64,000 nt of DNA from an uncultured Flavobacteriales bacterium (GTDB taxonomy: Bacteria; Bacteroidota; Bacteroidia; CAIKAF01). Positions 27,937 to 38,756 of the stretch are shown piece by piece; positions within the stretch are counted from its first letter, which is position 1; each line of letters starts with the position of its first letter. The notes under the pieces are model-generated. The model made no database searches. It saw only the letters and a list, made by a program, of their open reading frames with translations, and was not told the origin of the DNA. A program made the translations under genes and the position numbers. The stretch lies in assembly GCA_903825395.1 (NCBI GenBank), contig CAIKAF010000005.1, positions 82,755 to 146,754 on the forward strand, read 5' to 3'.

Positions 27937-29826
27937 ATGTGCGGAATCGCAGGGGCGATAAATTTAATCTCCGAACAGGATGCCTTTCCTGAAAACAAGC
28001 TAAAAAAAATGGGGGATGCCCTTCAGCACAGAGGGCCTGACAGTGAAAATTATTTTCATGGTGACGGGGTTTCTTTGGTGCACCGCAGGCTGAGCATTAT
28101 TGATTTAAGCGGAGGAAACCAGCCCATTTTTAATGAAAACAAGTCGGTTTGCGTTATTTTAAATGGAGAAATTTACAACTATCGAGAGCTAAGAATGCAA
28201 CTTGAACGGCAAGGCCATTCTTTTTCTACTCAAACCGATACCGAGGTTTTGGTGCATTTGTACGAACAGCATGGCCCCGATTTCCTTCCGCTGTTGAACG
28301 GCATGTTTGCTTTTGCTTTGTACGATATTGAACAGCAAACGCTTCTATTGGCCAGAGACCGTTTTGGGGTAAAACCCCTTTTTTATACTAAAAATCAGGG
28401 GCGACTTCTATTCAGCAGTGAACTGCGGTCATTGCTATGTGGAATGGACTCTACCCCGGCCATAAATCCACAAGCGCTTTCAAACTATTTAATGTTGTCG
28501 TTCATTCCTGAACCGCACAGCATTTACCAGGGTATTTCACGCTTACCTGCGGGTTGCGCCATGCACGTTGGATTAGGTAAGGAACAGGTTTGGAAATTTG
28601 CCGACATCCATTTTGGCAGCAAGATTAAAATCACAAGGCAAGAAGCAGAAGAAGAGACGCTCCGGTTGTTTCAGCAGGCCGTAGAACGTCAATTGGTGGC
28701 CGATGTGCCGGTGAGCACCCTGCTTTCCTCCGGCCTGGACTCCAGGGCCATTTTAACGGCCATGATCAAAGGTGGAAATGCAACAACGGCCTTCACGCTG
28801 GGGTATGCGGAAAAAGAATTCGACGAAACCGCAGGTGCTGTATCTTGGGCAAAAGGCTATGGCGTTGACCACCGCATCCTATCGTTTTCTGAAACTGATT
28901 TTTTAGACTTGGTTGATGCCCGGACAACTGCGTATTCCGAGCCCTTTGGTTTTTTATGCGATGTAGGCTTTGTTCATTTGGCCAAGGCCGTCCGGCAAGG
29001 CGGCTTTAAAGTAACACTAAGTGGAGCGGGCGGAGATGAGTTGTTTGCCGGTTATCCGACCTTGAATGCCGCCATGGCCATGAAGGCCTATAGGTATTTG
29101 CCTAGATGGGCCACCCAAATCTTAATCAAAGCGGGAATTGCAGCCCTTCCTGCCGGAAATGGCCGCCTGCCTCTGCGCTTTCAGCTCGAGAGTTTCAACT
29201 CAGCCCAAAACCGAGATTTGGTTCGCGCCTTTTTACTCTTCAAACAGGTTGTTTCGCCCGCCCAAGCACAACGACTTTTTAAATCAGGCCCCCTTGAAAG
29301 CATGGTTTTGCCCGACCCAATTGAGGTTTACACACAATTCCAGGAAACCACGGCAGAATGGCACACAATAGATGCATTGAGTTACCTAGACCTAAAAGTC
29401 TTTTTGTCGGGCAACGTTCTTTTTTCGGGTGACCATGAATTTATGTCGGCCGGGGTAGAACAGCGCTTTCCCTTTTTGGACAACGATTTGGCGGCCTTTG
29501 CCGCATCCTTGCCCGTTGAAATCCGATTTTCGATGTTTTCGCTAAAACGGATTCTAAAAAATGCCTTGGAAACTTGGACTCAAAGGGACGGAATTCCTAT
29601 GCCAAAGTATAAAAAAATGGGCTTTGAGATTCCCGTTCAAACATGGATGAGGAAGGGGGCATTTGCCGAAAAAATTGATCAAGTGCTGTTGAAAAACCCG
29701 TTTTTAAATCGTGTTTTTTGCGAAGCATTATTGAAAGAAGAGCGGAGCGGTAAAAACAACCACGACCGTAAAATTCAAAACATCTACGCACTCGGGAGGT
29801 TTTTAACGGAGATGCGAATGCAATAA
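27937..29826 (+). CDS. asnB: Asparagine synthase (glutamine-hydrolysing), AsnB family
   Basis: The catalytic N-terminal nucleophile is Cys2 (MCGIAGAI). The class II GATase domain is followed by the synthetase domain with the PP-loop LSSGLDS, and the protein is 629 aa. Confidence 0.9.
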   Translation: MCGIAGAINLISEQDAFPENKLKKMGDALQHRGPDSENYFHGDGVSLVHRRLSIIDLSGGNQPIFNENKSVCVILNGEIYNYRELRMQLERQGHSFSTQTDTEVLVHLYEQHGPDFLPLLNGMFAFALYDIEQQTLLLARDRFGVKPLFYTKNQGRLLFSSELRSLLCGMDSTPAINPQALSNYLMLSFIPEPHSIYQGISRLPAGCAMHVGLGKEQVWKFADIHFGSKIKITRQEAEEETLRLFQQAVERQLVADVPVSTLLSSGLDSRAILTAMIKGGNATTAFTLGYAEKEFDETAGAVSWAKGYGVDHRILSFSETDFLDLVDARTTAYSEPFGFLCDVGFVHLAKAVRQGGFKVTLSGAGGDELFAGYPTLNAAMAMKAYRYLPRWATQILIKAGIAALPAGNGRLPLRFQLESFNSAQNRDLVRAFLLFKQVVSPAQAQRLFKSGPLESMVLPDPIEVYTQFQETTAEWHTIDALSYLDLKVFLSGNVLFSGDHEFMSAGVEQRFPFLDNDLAAFAASLPVEIRFSMFSLKRILKNALETWTQRDGIPMPKYKKMGFEIPVQTWMRKGAFAEKIDQVLLKNPFLNRVFCEALLKEERSGKNNHDRKIQNIYALGRFLTEMRMQ

Positions 29827-29892
29827 GGCGGCGAACAATTTGGGTTGCATTCCAAGGATTTAGGAGCTACCTTTGAATACCAAAACAAAATC

Positions 29893-30972
29893 ATGCGCTA
29901 CGCTGTCATCATGGCCGGGGGAATTGGAAGCCGTTTTTGGCCTATGTCCACCCGTCAGAAGCCCAAACAATTTATCGATATCTTGGGAACTGGAGAGAGC
30001 ATGATTCAGGCCACCTGGCGGCGCTTGCTTCCCCTTTTCCCTCCCGAACGCATCTTGGTGGTTAGCCACGAAGACTACCGGCCGCTGTGCATGGAACATT
30101 TGCCGGACTTAAAACCCGAGAATTTGCTCTGCGAACCCAGCCGAAAAAACACGGCTCCTTGCTTGGCCTATGCTGCGTATCTGCTTCAGGATCGCGATCC
30201 GGAATCGAGCATGGTGGTGTTGGCCGCCGACCACTTGATTTCAAAAGAAGCGGAATTTCTGGCCGTGTTGGAGAAAGGCTTGAGCTTTGCAGAACAACAG
30301 CCGGCATTGGTTACGCTCGGCATTCGCCCGCACCGCCCCGATACCGGGTATGGATATATTCAGTTCAACCGAGAAAGCCAAACCGGCATCGAGGGGATAC
30401 AAAAAGTAAAAACCTTCACCGAAAAGCCCAATGCCGAATTGGCCATGAGCTTTATCAACAGCGGAGATTTTCTGTGGAACTCGGGCAATTTCCTTTGGAA
30501 AACCTCCAGCTTTATTCAGGCCATAGAACAGCATTTGCCCGATGAAGCGGCCTTGTTTCAGGAAGCGGTGCATACGTTAACCGGCCCGGCGAGTTCGGAC
30601 GAAATACGGCGCATTTACGCCATGGTAAAAAACATCAGTGTGGATTACGCCATTTTGGAGCGGGCCGACAATGTATTTGTGGTGTCGGCCGACATCGGCT
30701 GGACCGATTTGGGAACTTGGGGTTCCCTACGTGAACAGTCCTTACTGGTCGGAGAGACCAATGCCCTGTTGGGCGGGCAGATTCTGGCGCTGGAATCGGA
30801 AGGCTGTTTGGTGCATGTGCCCGCAGGCAAAAAAGTGGTGCTGCAAGGAGCTAAAAACCTTTTGGTAGTGGAAAGCAACGGTGTACTGCTGGTGTGTCCG
30901 GTGCAAGATGAACAAAAAATTAAAGAGGTGGTGGGAACGGTGAAGGAGAATTGGGGGGATGAGGTGTTGTAG
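29893..30972 (+). CDS. manC: Mannose-1-phosphate guanylyltransferase (no PMI domain)
   Basis: The nucleotidyltransferase motif MRYAVIMAGGIGSRFWPMS marks the likely start at 29893, while the ORF track begins at 29845. The C-terminus is a left-handed helix-like region. Confidence 0.85.
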   Translation: MRYAVIMAGGIGSRFWPMSTRQKPKQFIDILGTGESMIQATWRRLLPLFPPERILVVSHEDYRPLCMEHLPDLKPENLLCEPSRKNTAPCLAYAAYLLQDRDPESSMVVLAADHLISKEAEFLAVLEKGLSFAEQQPALVTLGIRPHRPDTGYGYIQFNRESQTGIEGIQKVKTFTEKPNAELAMSFINSGDFLWNSGNFLWKTSSFIQAIEQHLPDEAALFQEAVHTLTGPASSDEIRRIYAMVKNISVDYAILERADNVFVVSADIGWTDLGTWGSLREQSLLVGETNALLGGQILALESEGCLVHVPAGKKVVLQGAKNLLVVESNGVLLVCPVQDEQKIKEVVGTVKENWGDEVL

Positions 30973-31004
30973 GGCGTTGTTTTTTTCAACTGCACCGCCT
31001 CTAG

Positions 31005-31385
31005 TGGTAATAAAACCGGTTAAGTTTTGGGCGGCTAATTTTTACCACAAAGCACTCTGAGGAAGCCGCAAAGTTCACAGAGTTTTCGGTGTTGATAGAC
31101 ACCGAAATTCATTCAACTACACCCCCTCTGTGTCCTTTGTGCCGACTTGGAGCCCTTAGTGGTAAAAAACAGATCGAGGCATGACTGTCGGTTTTTACCA
31201 CAAAGGCCGCCAGGGGAGCCGCAAAGTTCACAGAGATTTTGGTATTGAAAGAAACCGCACTTCATTCAACTACACCCCTTCTGTGCCCTTTGTTCCGACT
31301 TGGAGCCCATTGTGGTAAAAAACAAATCGAGGCATGACTGTCGGTTTTTACCACAAAGCACTCCGAGTGAGCCGCAAAGTTATTA
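31005..31385 (+). repeat. Palindromic repeat family 2, tandem array c (about 2.6 units of about 146 bp)
   Basis: Units start tttttaccacaaag at 31044, 31191 and 31336. Each unit carries an internal cggtgttgatagacaccg hairpin and a ctctgtg…cctttgt…ccgacttggagccc…gtggtaaaaaa arm. Units are joined by the spacer cagatcgaggcatgactgtcgg. Confidence 0.85.
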
Positions 31386-31410
31386 AAGAACATTGGTATC
31401 ACATCCTTAA

Positions 31411-32442
31411 CTATTTATTCCTTTTTCCCTTTCCGCGTAGAACAAAACCATTAAAAGCCAAAGCAACTTCAAAGTTTAAAATTTGTGCCTGCTCCCCTAG
31501 CGCTTTGAATTCCTCTTGAGTAACTGGCTTGTCGTAGGTAGCGCCTAAGGCATCAAATGTGTCTAAAATAGCCCATTCTTTTAGTTGTTTGTAGCTTAGC
31601 GGAATAGTATGGACATAGTTAAAACAGGGTATTCCAATATGGTGTAAAACCTTGGGGTATAAGGTTGGTGGCAATTTGGTTCGAATCAAGGTGTCGATTG
31701 GAAACCAAAATTGGTGGTAGAACCGAACAAATTGAAACAGATTTTTGGGCGACAAAAAAGAAAGTCTCCGAGCCACTTTCCGATAATTGCTGTTGGGGCG
31801 TTTGGTTATTATTGAACTTCCTGCCGGATAATTATCAACGGCAATTTTACCCTCAGGTTTCATTTTTTTAACCATGCAATTCAAGGCCATAGGGGGGTCG
31901 GGGGTATGTTGAAGTACCCCAAAGCAAAAAATAAAATCAAAAAAATCGTCAGGGAAGGGTATTTCAAACACGGAGCCTTGAAAAAGCAATAGATTTTCAT
32001 GGTGGCCATGATTGGCAAAATTAGCTTCAACGGCAGCAGAATAATCAAAGGAATACACCAATGCTCCTGTCAACAATAGAATCTCCGTAAACCGTCCGGC
32101 GCCCGAACCTATCTCCAAAACCCGACGGCCTTTTAAGTCAGCCTGGGACCATTGAGTGTCTTTAAAAAATCGGTCGCTCGTCAAGGTAATTCCTGAATAG
32201 CTGTCCAACTGGGTTTTGGCGAATTTCTTCCATTGAAATCCAAAGTTTTCTGAATAGTTGTCGGCAGATTTTACAAATCGAGGAATACCTCCTTTTATTT
32301 CTGCCCGGCCAAAAAGAGGGGAAAAAATCGCTAGGCAACCGGTCTCGTCCTGCTGCAATTCCCAAACGGCCTCTAATCCGAATTTAATTAGTTGTTCTTG
32401 TGTTATCACTTTCAACTCATTTAAGCCGTTTAAAAAGAGCAT
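31411..32442 (-). CDS. Class I SAM-dependent methyltransferase
   Basis: Motif I reads RVLEIGSGAGRFTEILL, and the protein is 343 aa. Confidence 0.7.
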   Translation of the reverse strand: MLFLNGLNELKVITQEQLIKFGLEAVWELQQDETGCLAIFSPLFGRAEIKGGIPRFVKSADNYSENFGFQWKKFAKTQLDSYSGITLTSDRFFKDTQWSQADLKGRRVLEIGSGAGRFTEILLLTGALVYSFDYSAAVEANFANHGHHENLLLFQGSVFEIPFPDDFFDFIFCFGVLQHTPDPPMALNCMVKKMKPEGKIAVDNYPAGSSIITKRPNSNYRKVARRLSFLSPKNLFQFVRFYHQFWFPIDTLIRTKLPPTLYPKVLHHIGIPCFNYVHTIPLSYKQLKEWAILDTFDALGATYDKPVTQEEFKALGEQAQILNFEVALAFNGFVLRGKGKRNK

Positions 32443-33157
32443 CTACTTGCCTCAATTGCCCTTCTACACTTGACAGATTGTAAAAATTATGCAATTCAAA
32501 TCCAACTTCTTCCATCAATTTAAAATAATTGGTTATCGTCTCTTGATTTTGATAGGTGGGGAGAAGAATGAGCTCCAAATATATAAAATCAATTCTACCC
32601 GCTTTAAGCAATCCCTTTGCGGCATTCAATATTTGGTGTTCCAGGCCTTGAACATCCAATTTTAATACATTTAGATGCCTAATATTAAAGGCATTAAAGG
32701 CATCCTCCAGCGTTATGGCCTCAATTTGAAGTCTTTCTGTGGCTTCCAATTTATTTTCTCCCCAGACTTTATCCCTATTTGGATGCGGGGGCAATATTGA
32801 GTTCGCTGGGGCAAAATCGAAAAGCTGTAATTCTGTCTGTCCCGATTTTTCTGCTATTGCCATTTTATGGCATTCTATATTACATCCTTGGACTTTCTTT
32901 GTTAAGATGTTAAACGATTCAGGACAGGGCTCAAAAGCCAAAATACGCGCTTTTGGAAATCGGCTACGGTACGCCATAGCCATTTGGCCGATGTAGGCTC
33001 CAACATCCATGATGCACAAATCATCAGCATCGCCAACCAAAGCTATTGTGTCATCCAAATAATTTCGATGGGCCTGCCATTGTGCATCTTCTGGTAAGCT
33101 CTTTGAAATAACGTAGCCTTGACTTAAAAGGAATTTCTTTAAAAGGGATTTTATCAT
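32417..33157 (-). CDS. FkbM-family methyltransferase
   Basis: The FkbM pattern is IMDVGAYIGQMAMAY…ILAFEPCPESF, and the protein is 246 aa. Confidence 0.75.
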   Translation of the reverse strand: MIKSLLKKFLLSQGYVISKSLPEDAQWQAHRNYLDDTIALVGDADDLCIMDVGAYIGQMAMAYRSRFPKARILAFEPCPESFNILTKKVQGCNIECHKMAIAEKSGQTELQLFDFAPANSILPPHPNRDKVWGENKLEATERLQIEAITLEDAFNAFNIRHLNVLKLDVQGLEHQILNAAKGLLKAGRIDFIYLELILLPTYQNQETITNYFKLMEEVGFELHNFYNLSSVEGQLRQVDALFKRLK

Positions 33158-33282
33158 TTTAGTGGTTCCTTTTTTTATCGTGTTACGCTAAGATTATTTT
33201 TTGTTTTCAGCTGTTTGTAAGGTTTTTTTGCCATACAGTTCACCAATAAATTCCAAAGGTTCAACGCGTTTTTAAGGCGCTT

Positions 33283-33497
33283 TATTTAACTGCACCTCCT
33301 CTGTGTTCTTTGCGCCGACTTGGAGTTCTTCGTGGTGAAAACAAATCGAGGCATGACTGTCGGTTTTTACTACAAAGGGCCGCCAAGGGAGCCGCAAAGT
33401 TCACAGAGATTTCGGTGTTGATAGACACCGCAATTCATTCAACTACACCCCCTCTGTCCCCTTTGCGCCGACTTGGTGCCCTTAGTGGTAAAAAAAC
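33283..33497 (+). repeat. Palindromic repeat family 2, copy d (about 1.5 units)
   Basis: ctctgtgttctttgcgccgacttggag…cgaggcatgactgtcggtttttactacaaagggccgccaagggagccgcaaagttcacagagatttcggtgttgatagacaccgcaattcattcaactacaccccctctgtc…gtggtaaaaaaa is near-identical to array c. Confidence 0.85.
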
Positions 33498-33534
33498 GTT
33501 TAATCAATACCACATGCACACCATGCCAGAAACG

Positions 33535-34479
33535 TCAAAAATCAGCGGAACTCAAACCGCCCAAGGTCTCCCTAATCCCCAAACCCAAATCCACCTTAGC
33601 CCGCCAACCCATCTCCATCAACCGTGTCGAATCCATAACCTTCCTTGGAGTACCATCCGGGTACTCCGGATTAAATACCAGTTTCCCCTGAAACCCCGTT
33701 GCCTCAGCAATTTTCCCTGCCAAATCCCGAATGCTGATCTCCGTTCCCGTTCCAATGTTCACCGGCTCTTCCGAGCTGTAATGCTCCATTAAAAACAAAC
33801 AAGCCGAAGCCAAATCGTCGCAGTGCATAAATTCCCGAAGTGGACTTCCAGTACCCCAAACCTCTACCTCGGCACTTCCCTGCCGCACGGCCTCGCTAAA
33901 TTTCCTCAACAGAGCTGCCATCACATGCGATTGCTTAGGGTGGTAGTTGTCGCCCGGCCCATACAGGTTGCAGGGCAAGACCGATATGAAATCAGAACCA
34001 TATTGCTGCCGGTAGGCCCGAACCATTGACATTCCCGCCAATTTAGCCATGGCATAGGGCTCGTTGGTGGGCTCCAAAGGACCGGTCATTAAATATTCCT
34101 CTTTCAGCGGCTGGGGAGCCAGCTTGGGATAAATGCAAGAAGAACCTAAAAACAGCAATTTGCGCACCCCAAACCGGCGAGACGCTTCAATCACATTGTT
34201 TTGAATTTGGAGGTTATCGTAAATGAATTCGGCCGGATACGTTGAATTTGCCCATATTCCACCCACTTTGGCGGCAGCCAGAAAAACATAGTCCGGTCTC
34301 TCCGCTTCAAAAAACCGATGCACAGCAGAACTGTCTCGCAAATCCAACTCGTTGGATGTTTTGTGCACAATCTGCCGGGCCCCTGCCTGCTGCAACGCCC
34401 GAACAATAGCGGCGCCTACCATACCCCGGTGACCCGCCACATAGTGTTTCCCAGATTCGATGTTAAACGCTTCCCTCAT
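33535..34479 (-). CDS. fcl: GDP-L-fucose synthase (GDP-4-keto-6-deoxy-D-mannose 3,5-epimerase/4-reductase)
   Basis: Protein is 314 aa with the SDR signature [12 protein letters not shown] and an YxxxK in SSCIYPK…YAMAKLAGM. It overlaps gmd by 4 bp. Confidence 0.9.
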   Translation of the reverse strand: MREAFNIESGKHYVAGHRGMVGAAIVRALQQAGARQIVHKTSNELDLRDSSAVHRFFEAERPDYVFLAAAKVGGIWANSTYPAEFIYDNLQIQNNVIEASRRFGVRKLLFLGSSCIYPKLAPQPLKEEYLMTGPLEPTNEPYAMAKLAGMSMVRAYRQQYGSDFISVLPCNLYGPGDNYHPKQSHVMAALLRKFSEAVRQGSAEVEVWGTGSPLREFMHCDDLASACLFLMEHYSSEEPVNIGTGTEISIRDLAGKIAEATGFQGKLVFNPEYPDGTPRKVMDSTRLMEMGWRAKVDLGLGIRETLGGLSSADF

Positions 34480-35585
34480 TTTGGTACAATAAATTTTAAT
34501 CCTTTCCCGTCCAAAACGCGGACCCGTTCCATCAATTCCAAATCGGCATCCATCATTTCAGCCACCAAATCCTCCAAGCTGGTTCGGGGCTCCCAACCCA
34601 ACTTTTCCTTAGCCTTGGCCGGATTCCCTTTCAATTGATCTACCTCGGCGGGCCTGAAATACCGGGAATCAACCCGAACAACCACCTGACCCAATGTAAA
34701 AGGCCACCTGCCGTCCTTGCTTTCCGACACAATACCGACTTCTTCTTTTCCACTACCCTCAAACCTCAATTCAACTCCAATGCAGGCAAAAGCCAGTTTA
34801 ACAAAATCGCGCACACTAACGGTTCTGTTGCTGGCAATCACAAAATCGTCGGGTTCATTCAGCTGCAGCATGGCATGCATAGCCACCACATAATCTTTGG
34901 CATGCCCCCAATCGCGCTCGGCATTCAAATTACCCAAATACAAGCAGTGGCTTTTCCCGTAGGCCATTTGGGCAATGCCTCGAGTTATTTTCCGCGTCAC
35001 AAAGGTTTCTCCCCGCAAAGGGCTTTCGTGATTGAATAAGATTCCATTGCAAATGAACATGCCATAGGCTTCCCGGTAATTCACCCCAATCCAATGGGCA
35101 TACAGTTTAGCCACGCCGTAAGGCGATCGCGGATAAAAGGGCGTTCGTTCGGTTTGGGGCACCTCTTGCACCAAGCCAAACATTTCAGATGTAGAGGCTT
35201 GATAAATCCGGGTGCTCTGTTCAAGTCCGGCGGAACGAACGGCTTCAAGAATACGCAAGAAGCCCATGGCGTCGACATTGGCGGCATATTCGGGCTCAGT
35301 AAAACTCACCTGTACATGGCTCATGGCCCCAAGATTATACACCTCGTCTGGCCGGATTTTTGCCAACAATCGAAGCAAGTTGCTTGAATCGGTAAGGTCT
35401 CCATAATGCAGATAAAACTTCCCGGATTGCTCGTGCAGATCTTCAAATAAATGGTCGATCCGGTCGGTATTCAATTGAGAGGCCCTTCGTTTTACGCCAT
35501 GAACCTCATAGCCCAAACTAAGCAAATACTGACTTAAATAGGCTCCATCTTGTCCGGTAACCCCGGTAATTAGTGCTTTTTTCAT
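34476..35585 (-). CDS. gmd: GDP-mannose 4,6-dehydratase
   Basis: [30 protein letters not shown]…[12 protein letters not shown] is a classic Gmd, 369 aa. Confidence 0.95.
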   Translation of the reverse strand: MKKALITGVTGQDGAYLSQYLLSLGYEVHGVKRRASQLNTDRIDHLFEDLHEQSGKFYLHYGDLTDSSNLLRLLAKIRPDEVYNLGAMSHVQVSFTEPEYAANVDAMGFLRILEAVRSAGLEQSTRIYQASTSEMFGLVQEVPQTERTPFYPRSPYGVAKLYAHWIGVNYREAYGMFICNGILFNHESPLRGETFVTRKITRGIAQMAYGKSHCLYLGNLNAERDWGHAKDYVVAMHAMLQLNEPDDFVIASNRTVSVRDFVKLAFACIGVELRFEGSGKEEVGIVSESKDGRWPFTLGQVVVRVDSRYFRPAEVDQLKGNPAKAKEKLGWEPRTSLEDLVAEMMDADLELMERVRVLDGKGLKFIVPK

Positions 35586-38224
35586 TCTTCCTTTTCTTTA
35601 AATATCTGATGCCCCACCAAGCTCCTTAACCTCTGACTCTGAGTCCTACGTTGATACATGGTTTTGCGTTCTTCGTTGTTGATATTCAGGCTCAGTTTTT
35701 CTTCTCCCTGGGCAATAGAAACCAAGTCCTTCGCTTCATAACACACCCGCCCAAATCCATTCTCTTCCACCAATCTGTTCATCAATCCCGGATCGTTCGG
35801 AGCCACCAATATCGGCCGGCCACAACCTATGTAGTCAAAAACCTTGGCGAAAATGTTGTTGTAGGCCGGGTCAGATATCGCCAACAAGGCATCTGCCGCT
35901 AAATTGTGCTGCAGACTTTCTTCCCGGGGCAAGCGCGGCGTGGCCGACAAAAACGGCTGCAGTTCAGGGTGCCGATTCCAAACCCTGGCCCATTGTTCCG
36001 GAAAGTGCTCCAATCCCACAAAACGCAGTTCCAAATCGCCGGGTTTTAATTGCCCCCGTTTCACCGGCTCAACAATGGCGTCCAACACAAACTCTACGTC
36101 TTGGGTTGATTTTAAGGTTCCGTTGTGCACCCAAAGTTGTTTGGCATGCCCCCGAAATCCCTCCCGCGCCTCCGGAATATCCCGGTACCCGTTCAACAAG
36201 GTGAACACCTTCCGGTTGAACAAAAAAGTGTAAAATTCGGCCAAAGCCGGACTCGCCGCTGTAATCATGGCCGCAGAACTCAAGTATTTCTGCTCTTTTC
36301 TCCATTCCACCTGCCTAAGCATAAAGGCCAGTCCACCCCGCTGCCGTATGGTTTCCTGATTCAAGTACCAACCGTCCCGATAATCCGCTACCCAAGGGAT
36401 TCCAAACTTGCGGTGCAAGCGATAGGCATGCCTGAAATTTTGGAAGGGATTGCCCGTCGCCACCAATACATCGGCTTTGTTTGCGCTCAGGTAGGCCGCT
36501 GCCCCGGAATACAAATGCGCATGCCGATCAAACCCGCTGTAAAACCAACTGCCCAAATTCCAAACCGCGGTAACCGCCTTGCGCAATACTGCAGGCTGAT
36601 TTTTGGGGAAGGTACGCATCAGCCAATCCGTTGGCACCATGCGATTGGGCACCAATATCTGCGTTAAATTCCCTTTTTGGACTTGCTCAATATTCCTTCG
36701 ACCTCCATATTCCCAAAACGACGGGTGGGTCTGCGGCCCCGTCCATTTCTTGGTCACCAACACCACGTTTTCTCCCATGTCCAATACATCGGCCACCCAG
36801 GCCGAAGGCCGTTCTGCCGCTACGGTGTTCAATGGCGGAAAGTCGTTGCACAGAATCATCCAGGTCCGACTGCGCTGCAATAAGGGCCGAATGTTCTTCA
36901 GCAAGAGCTCGGTTTGGGCTTGCCGCGAATACATCTCTACAAAGCGCGTATCAGCCGCCGCCACCTGCCCCCTTTCTTTCCACGCCTGCAAATGGGCCTG
37001 CAGCTGGTTTTTCAAGGCGATGTCATTGTCGGCAATACTCCCAATCCGGGTTTGCAGTACGATGCGCTCAATGATGTCTTTGTCGTTCGGATAGGCCAAC
37101 ACCGGCCGACCTGCGGCCAGGTAGTCGAACAATTTGCTCGATGGAATGCCCTGTTGCCGGTAGGTCAACATCAACAGCACATCGGCCTGCCGAGTGCGTT
37201 CTAACGCCTGTTCCACGGGAATGCGCGGACTAAATTCTACCCGGCTCCACATTTCTCTCGGCAAGGCTTGCTTAACCCGCTCCACCTGCGACGGGCTGTA
37301 ACTCAAGCCCAAAAACACCAGTTTCCAAGGCACTTCAGGAAAGGCGGCTACGACTTCCTGCCAGGCCTGGAGAAAGGACTCCAAGGGCTGAGCCCAATAC
37401 AAAGACCCGCTGTACAGCAGGGTGAGTTCTTTGTTTTGAGGCGGAGTTTCTGCCTTCAAAATGGCGTTAAAGCCATTCATAACGGTAAAGCCCGGCCGCC
37501 CCGTCAGGGTTGAAATCCGTTCTACATATTCTTCTGACACCGAGCAAATGGCGCTGGCGGAACCCACCCAGCGCTGTTCCGTTCGCCGGTCTAAATTCCG
37601 CATCCAGCGGGCAAACCAGCCTTGTATTGGCTCCAACAGGTTTGTTGACCAGTCGTCGCGGTAATCGGCCACCCAAGAAACGCCCAATTCCCGCTGGGCT
37701 CTCCAGCCATAATAATACAATTGGAAGGGGTTGCCACTCACCACCAGCAAGCGAACCTCCGGATGCTGTCGCAGGTAATCAAGAGCATACTCGCCGACCT
37801 GATGCGAAGGATTCAAACTGGGAATCCACCGTCCCAACCACCGCTCCATCATGGACAGCAATCGGCGCAGCGGAGCCACAAAAAAATACTGCGGACCGGT
37901 AATTAGCCGGTCTCTCCATAATGGTTTAAAGGGTACGGTATGCACTTCTGCCCTGTTCTCCGTCTTAATTTCCACCTTTGTTCCGCTGGGTAAGGCAACA
38001 TCCCGTTCGTGCCCGATGGGCTGTTCCCAATTTCGGGTAATCACCACCGGCTCCACCTCTTCCCGATTTAAATGCTTCACCCAGCCGCTCACCCGATTGG
38101 CAGCAGTTAGGCTGCAGGGCGGATAAAAATAGGTGAGAAACACCACCTTGGCTGGGCCGGAATTCATGGCTGTAAAATTAGGTGTTTTAACGTGGGGTGG
38201 AGGGTTTCCTGACTTGTCCACCAT
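35582..38224 (-). CDS. Tandem-duplicated glycosyltransferase (two GT-B / GT4-like modules in one 880-aa polypeptide)
   Basis: There are two Glycos_transf_1-like C-terminal halves (…[14 protein letters not shown]… and …[24 protein letters not shown]…), each preceded by a GT-B N-half. The start overlaps gmd by 4 bp. Confidence 0.7.
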   Translation of the reverse strand: MVDKSGNPPPHVKTPNFTAMNSGPAKVVFLTYFYPPCSLTAANRVSGWVKHLNREEVEPVVITRNWEQPIGHERDVALPSGTKVEIKTENRAEVHTVPFKPLWRDRLITGPQYFFVAPLRRLLSMMERWLGRWIPSLNPSHQVGEYALDYLRQHPEVRLLVVSGNPFQLYYYGWRAQRELGVSWVADYRDDWSTNLLEPIQGWFARWMRNLDRRTEQRWVGSASAICSVSEEYVERISTLTGRPGFTVMNGFNAILKAETPPQNKELTLLYSGSLYWAQPLESFLQAWQEVVAAFPEVPWKLVFLGLSYSPSQVERVKQALPREMWSRVEFSPRIPVEQALERTRQADVLLMLTYRQQGIPSSKLFDYLAAGRPVLAYPNDKDIIERIVLQTRIGSIADNDIALKNQLQAHLQAWKERGQVAAADTRFVEMYSRQAQTELLLKNIRPLLQRSRTWMILCNDFPPLNTVAAERPSAWVADVLDMGENVVLVTKKWTGPQTHPSFWEYGGRRNIEQVQKGNLTQILVPNRMVPTDWLMRTFPKNQPAVLRKAVTAVWNLGSWFYSGFDRHAHLYSGAAAYLSANKADVLVATGNPFQNFRHAYRLHRKFGIPWVADYRDGWYLNQETIRQRGGLAFMLRQVEWRKEQKYLSSAAMITAASPALAEFYTFLFNRKVFTLLNGYRDIPEAREGFRGHAKQLWVHNGTLKSTQDVEFVLDAIVEPVKRGQLKPGDLELRFVGLEHFPEQWARVWNRHPELQPFLSATPRLPREESLQHNLAADALLAISDPAYNNIFAKVFDYIGCGRPILVAPNDPGLMNRLVEENGFGRVCYEAKDLVSIAQGEEKLSLNINNEERKTMYQRRTQSQRLRSLVGHQIFKEKEE

Positions 38225-38275
38225 TTTTTGGATTATTTTACACCTTGTTTGTTAAAATAGATTTGCATTTCCTGT

Positions 38276-38316
38276 CCTGCGGAATTTGTTACACTAAAGT
38301 GGACAAGTTAGGAGCA
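38276..38316 (+). repeat. 40-bp direct repeat (left copy) flanking the 52-bp tandem array
   Basis: tttgcggaatttgttacactaaagtggacaagttaggag recurs at 38716–38756 as tttgcggcaattgttgcactaaagtggacaagttaggag. Confidence 0.75.
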
Positions 38317-38389
38317 TAGGCCCTCAATGGATTGAATTACCTAGGTTTTAGAGGCGTTGGAATCAGACCAAAGTGGAAAGTATTGGAGC

Positions 38390-38650
38390 TCACGACATCA
38401 AAACCCCGTGGGGATGAATTTATTGTAGAAGGTATTGGAAATCAAGACATCAGTACCCCGTAGGGGTGAAATTATTGTAGAAAGTAATGGAGTTCAGAAC
38501 CTCAGAACCCCGTAGGGGTGAAAGTATTGTAGAAGGTATTCGGGCTCACAACACCAGAACCCCGTAGGGGTGACATTATTGTAGAAAGTATTGGAGTTCA
38601 CAACATCAGAACCCCTTAGGGGTGACATTATTGTAGGTGACATTGTCGTA
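38390..38650 (+). repeat. 52-bp tandem repeat x5 (CCCCGTAGGGG-containing units)
   Basis: The ccccgt(a)gggg cores sit at 38405, 38457, 38509, 38561 and 38613, exactly 52 bp apart. Units read ccccgtaggggtgaaattattgtagaaagtattggagttcacaacatcagaa with scattered substitutions. The whole unit is conserved, so there are no unique spacers. Confidence 0.85.
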
Positions 38651-38715
38651 GAATACTTTGAAGGATTTGGAATAGAAAATTTGCCGTCCTCCCCCTCAGT
38701 TCTTTTTGCGACTTC

Positions 38716-38756
38716 CTTTGCGGCAATTGTTGCACTAAAGTGGACAAGTTAGGAGG
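38716..38756 (+). repeat. 40-bp direct repeat (right copy) flanking the 52-bp tandem array
   Basis: See 38276..38316. Confidence 0.75.

Noticed and set aside
35582-38224. 880-aa GT as a possible assembly or frameshift artefact joining two GT genes
   Set aside because: The frame is open across the junction with no stop, and both halves are complete GT-B modules. The 4-bp ATGA-type overlaps with neighbours are intact, so it is more likely a genuine tandem-duplicated or fused GT. That is flagged only within the cluster finding.
38390-38650. Possible CRISPR array (regular about 52-bp periodicity with the palindromic CCCCGTAGGGG core)
   Set aside because: The entire 52-bp unit is conserved between copies, with only scattered point differences. 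There are no unique spacers alternating with fixed repeats, no cas genes in the window, and the period is shorter than repeat plus spacer. It is a tandem (minisatellite-like) repeat.
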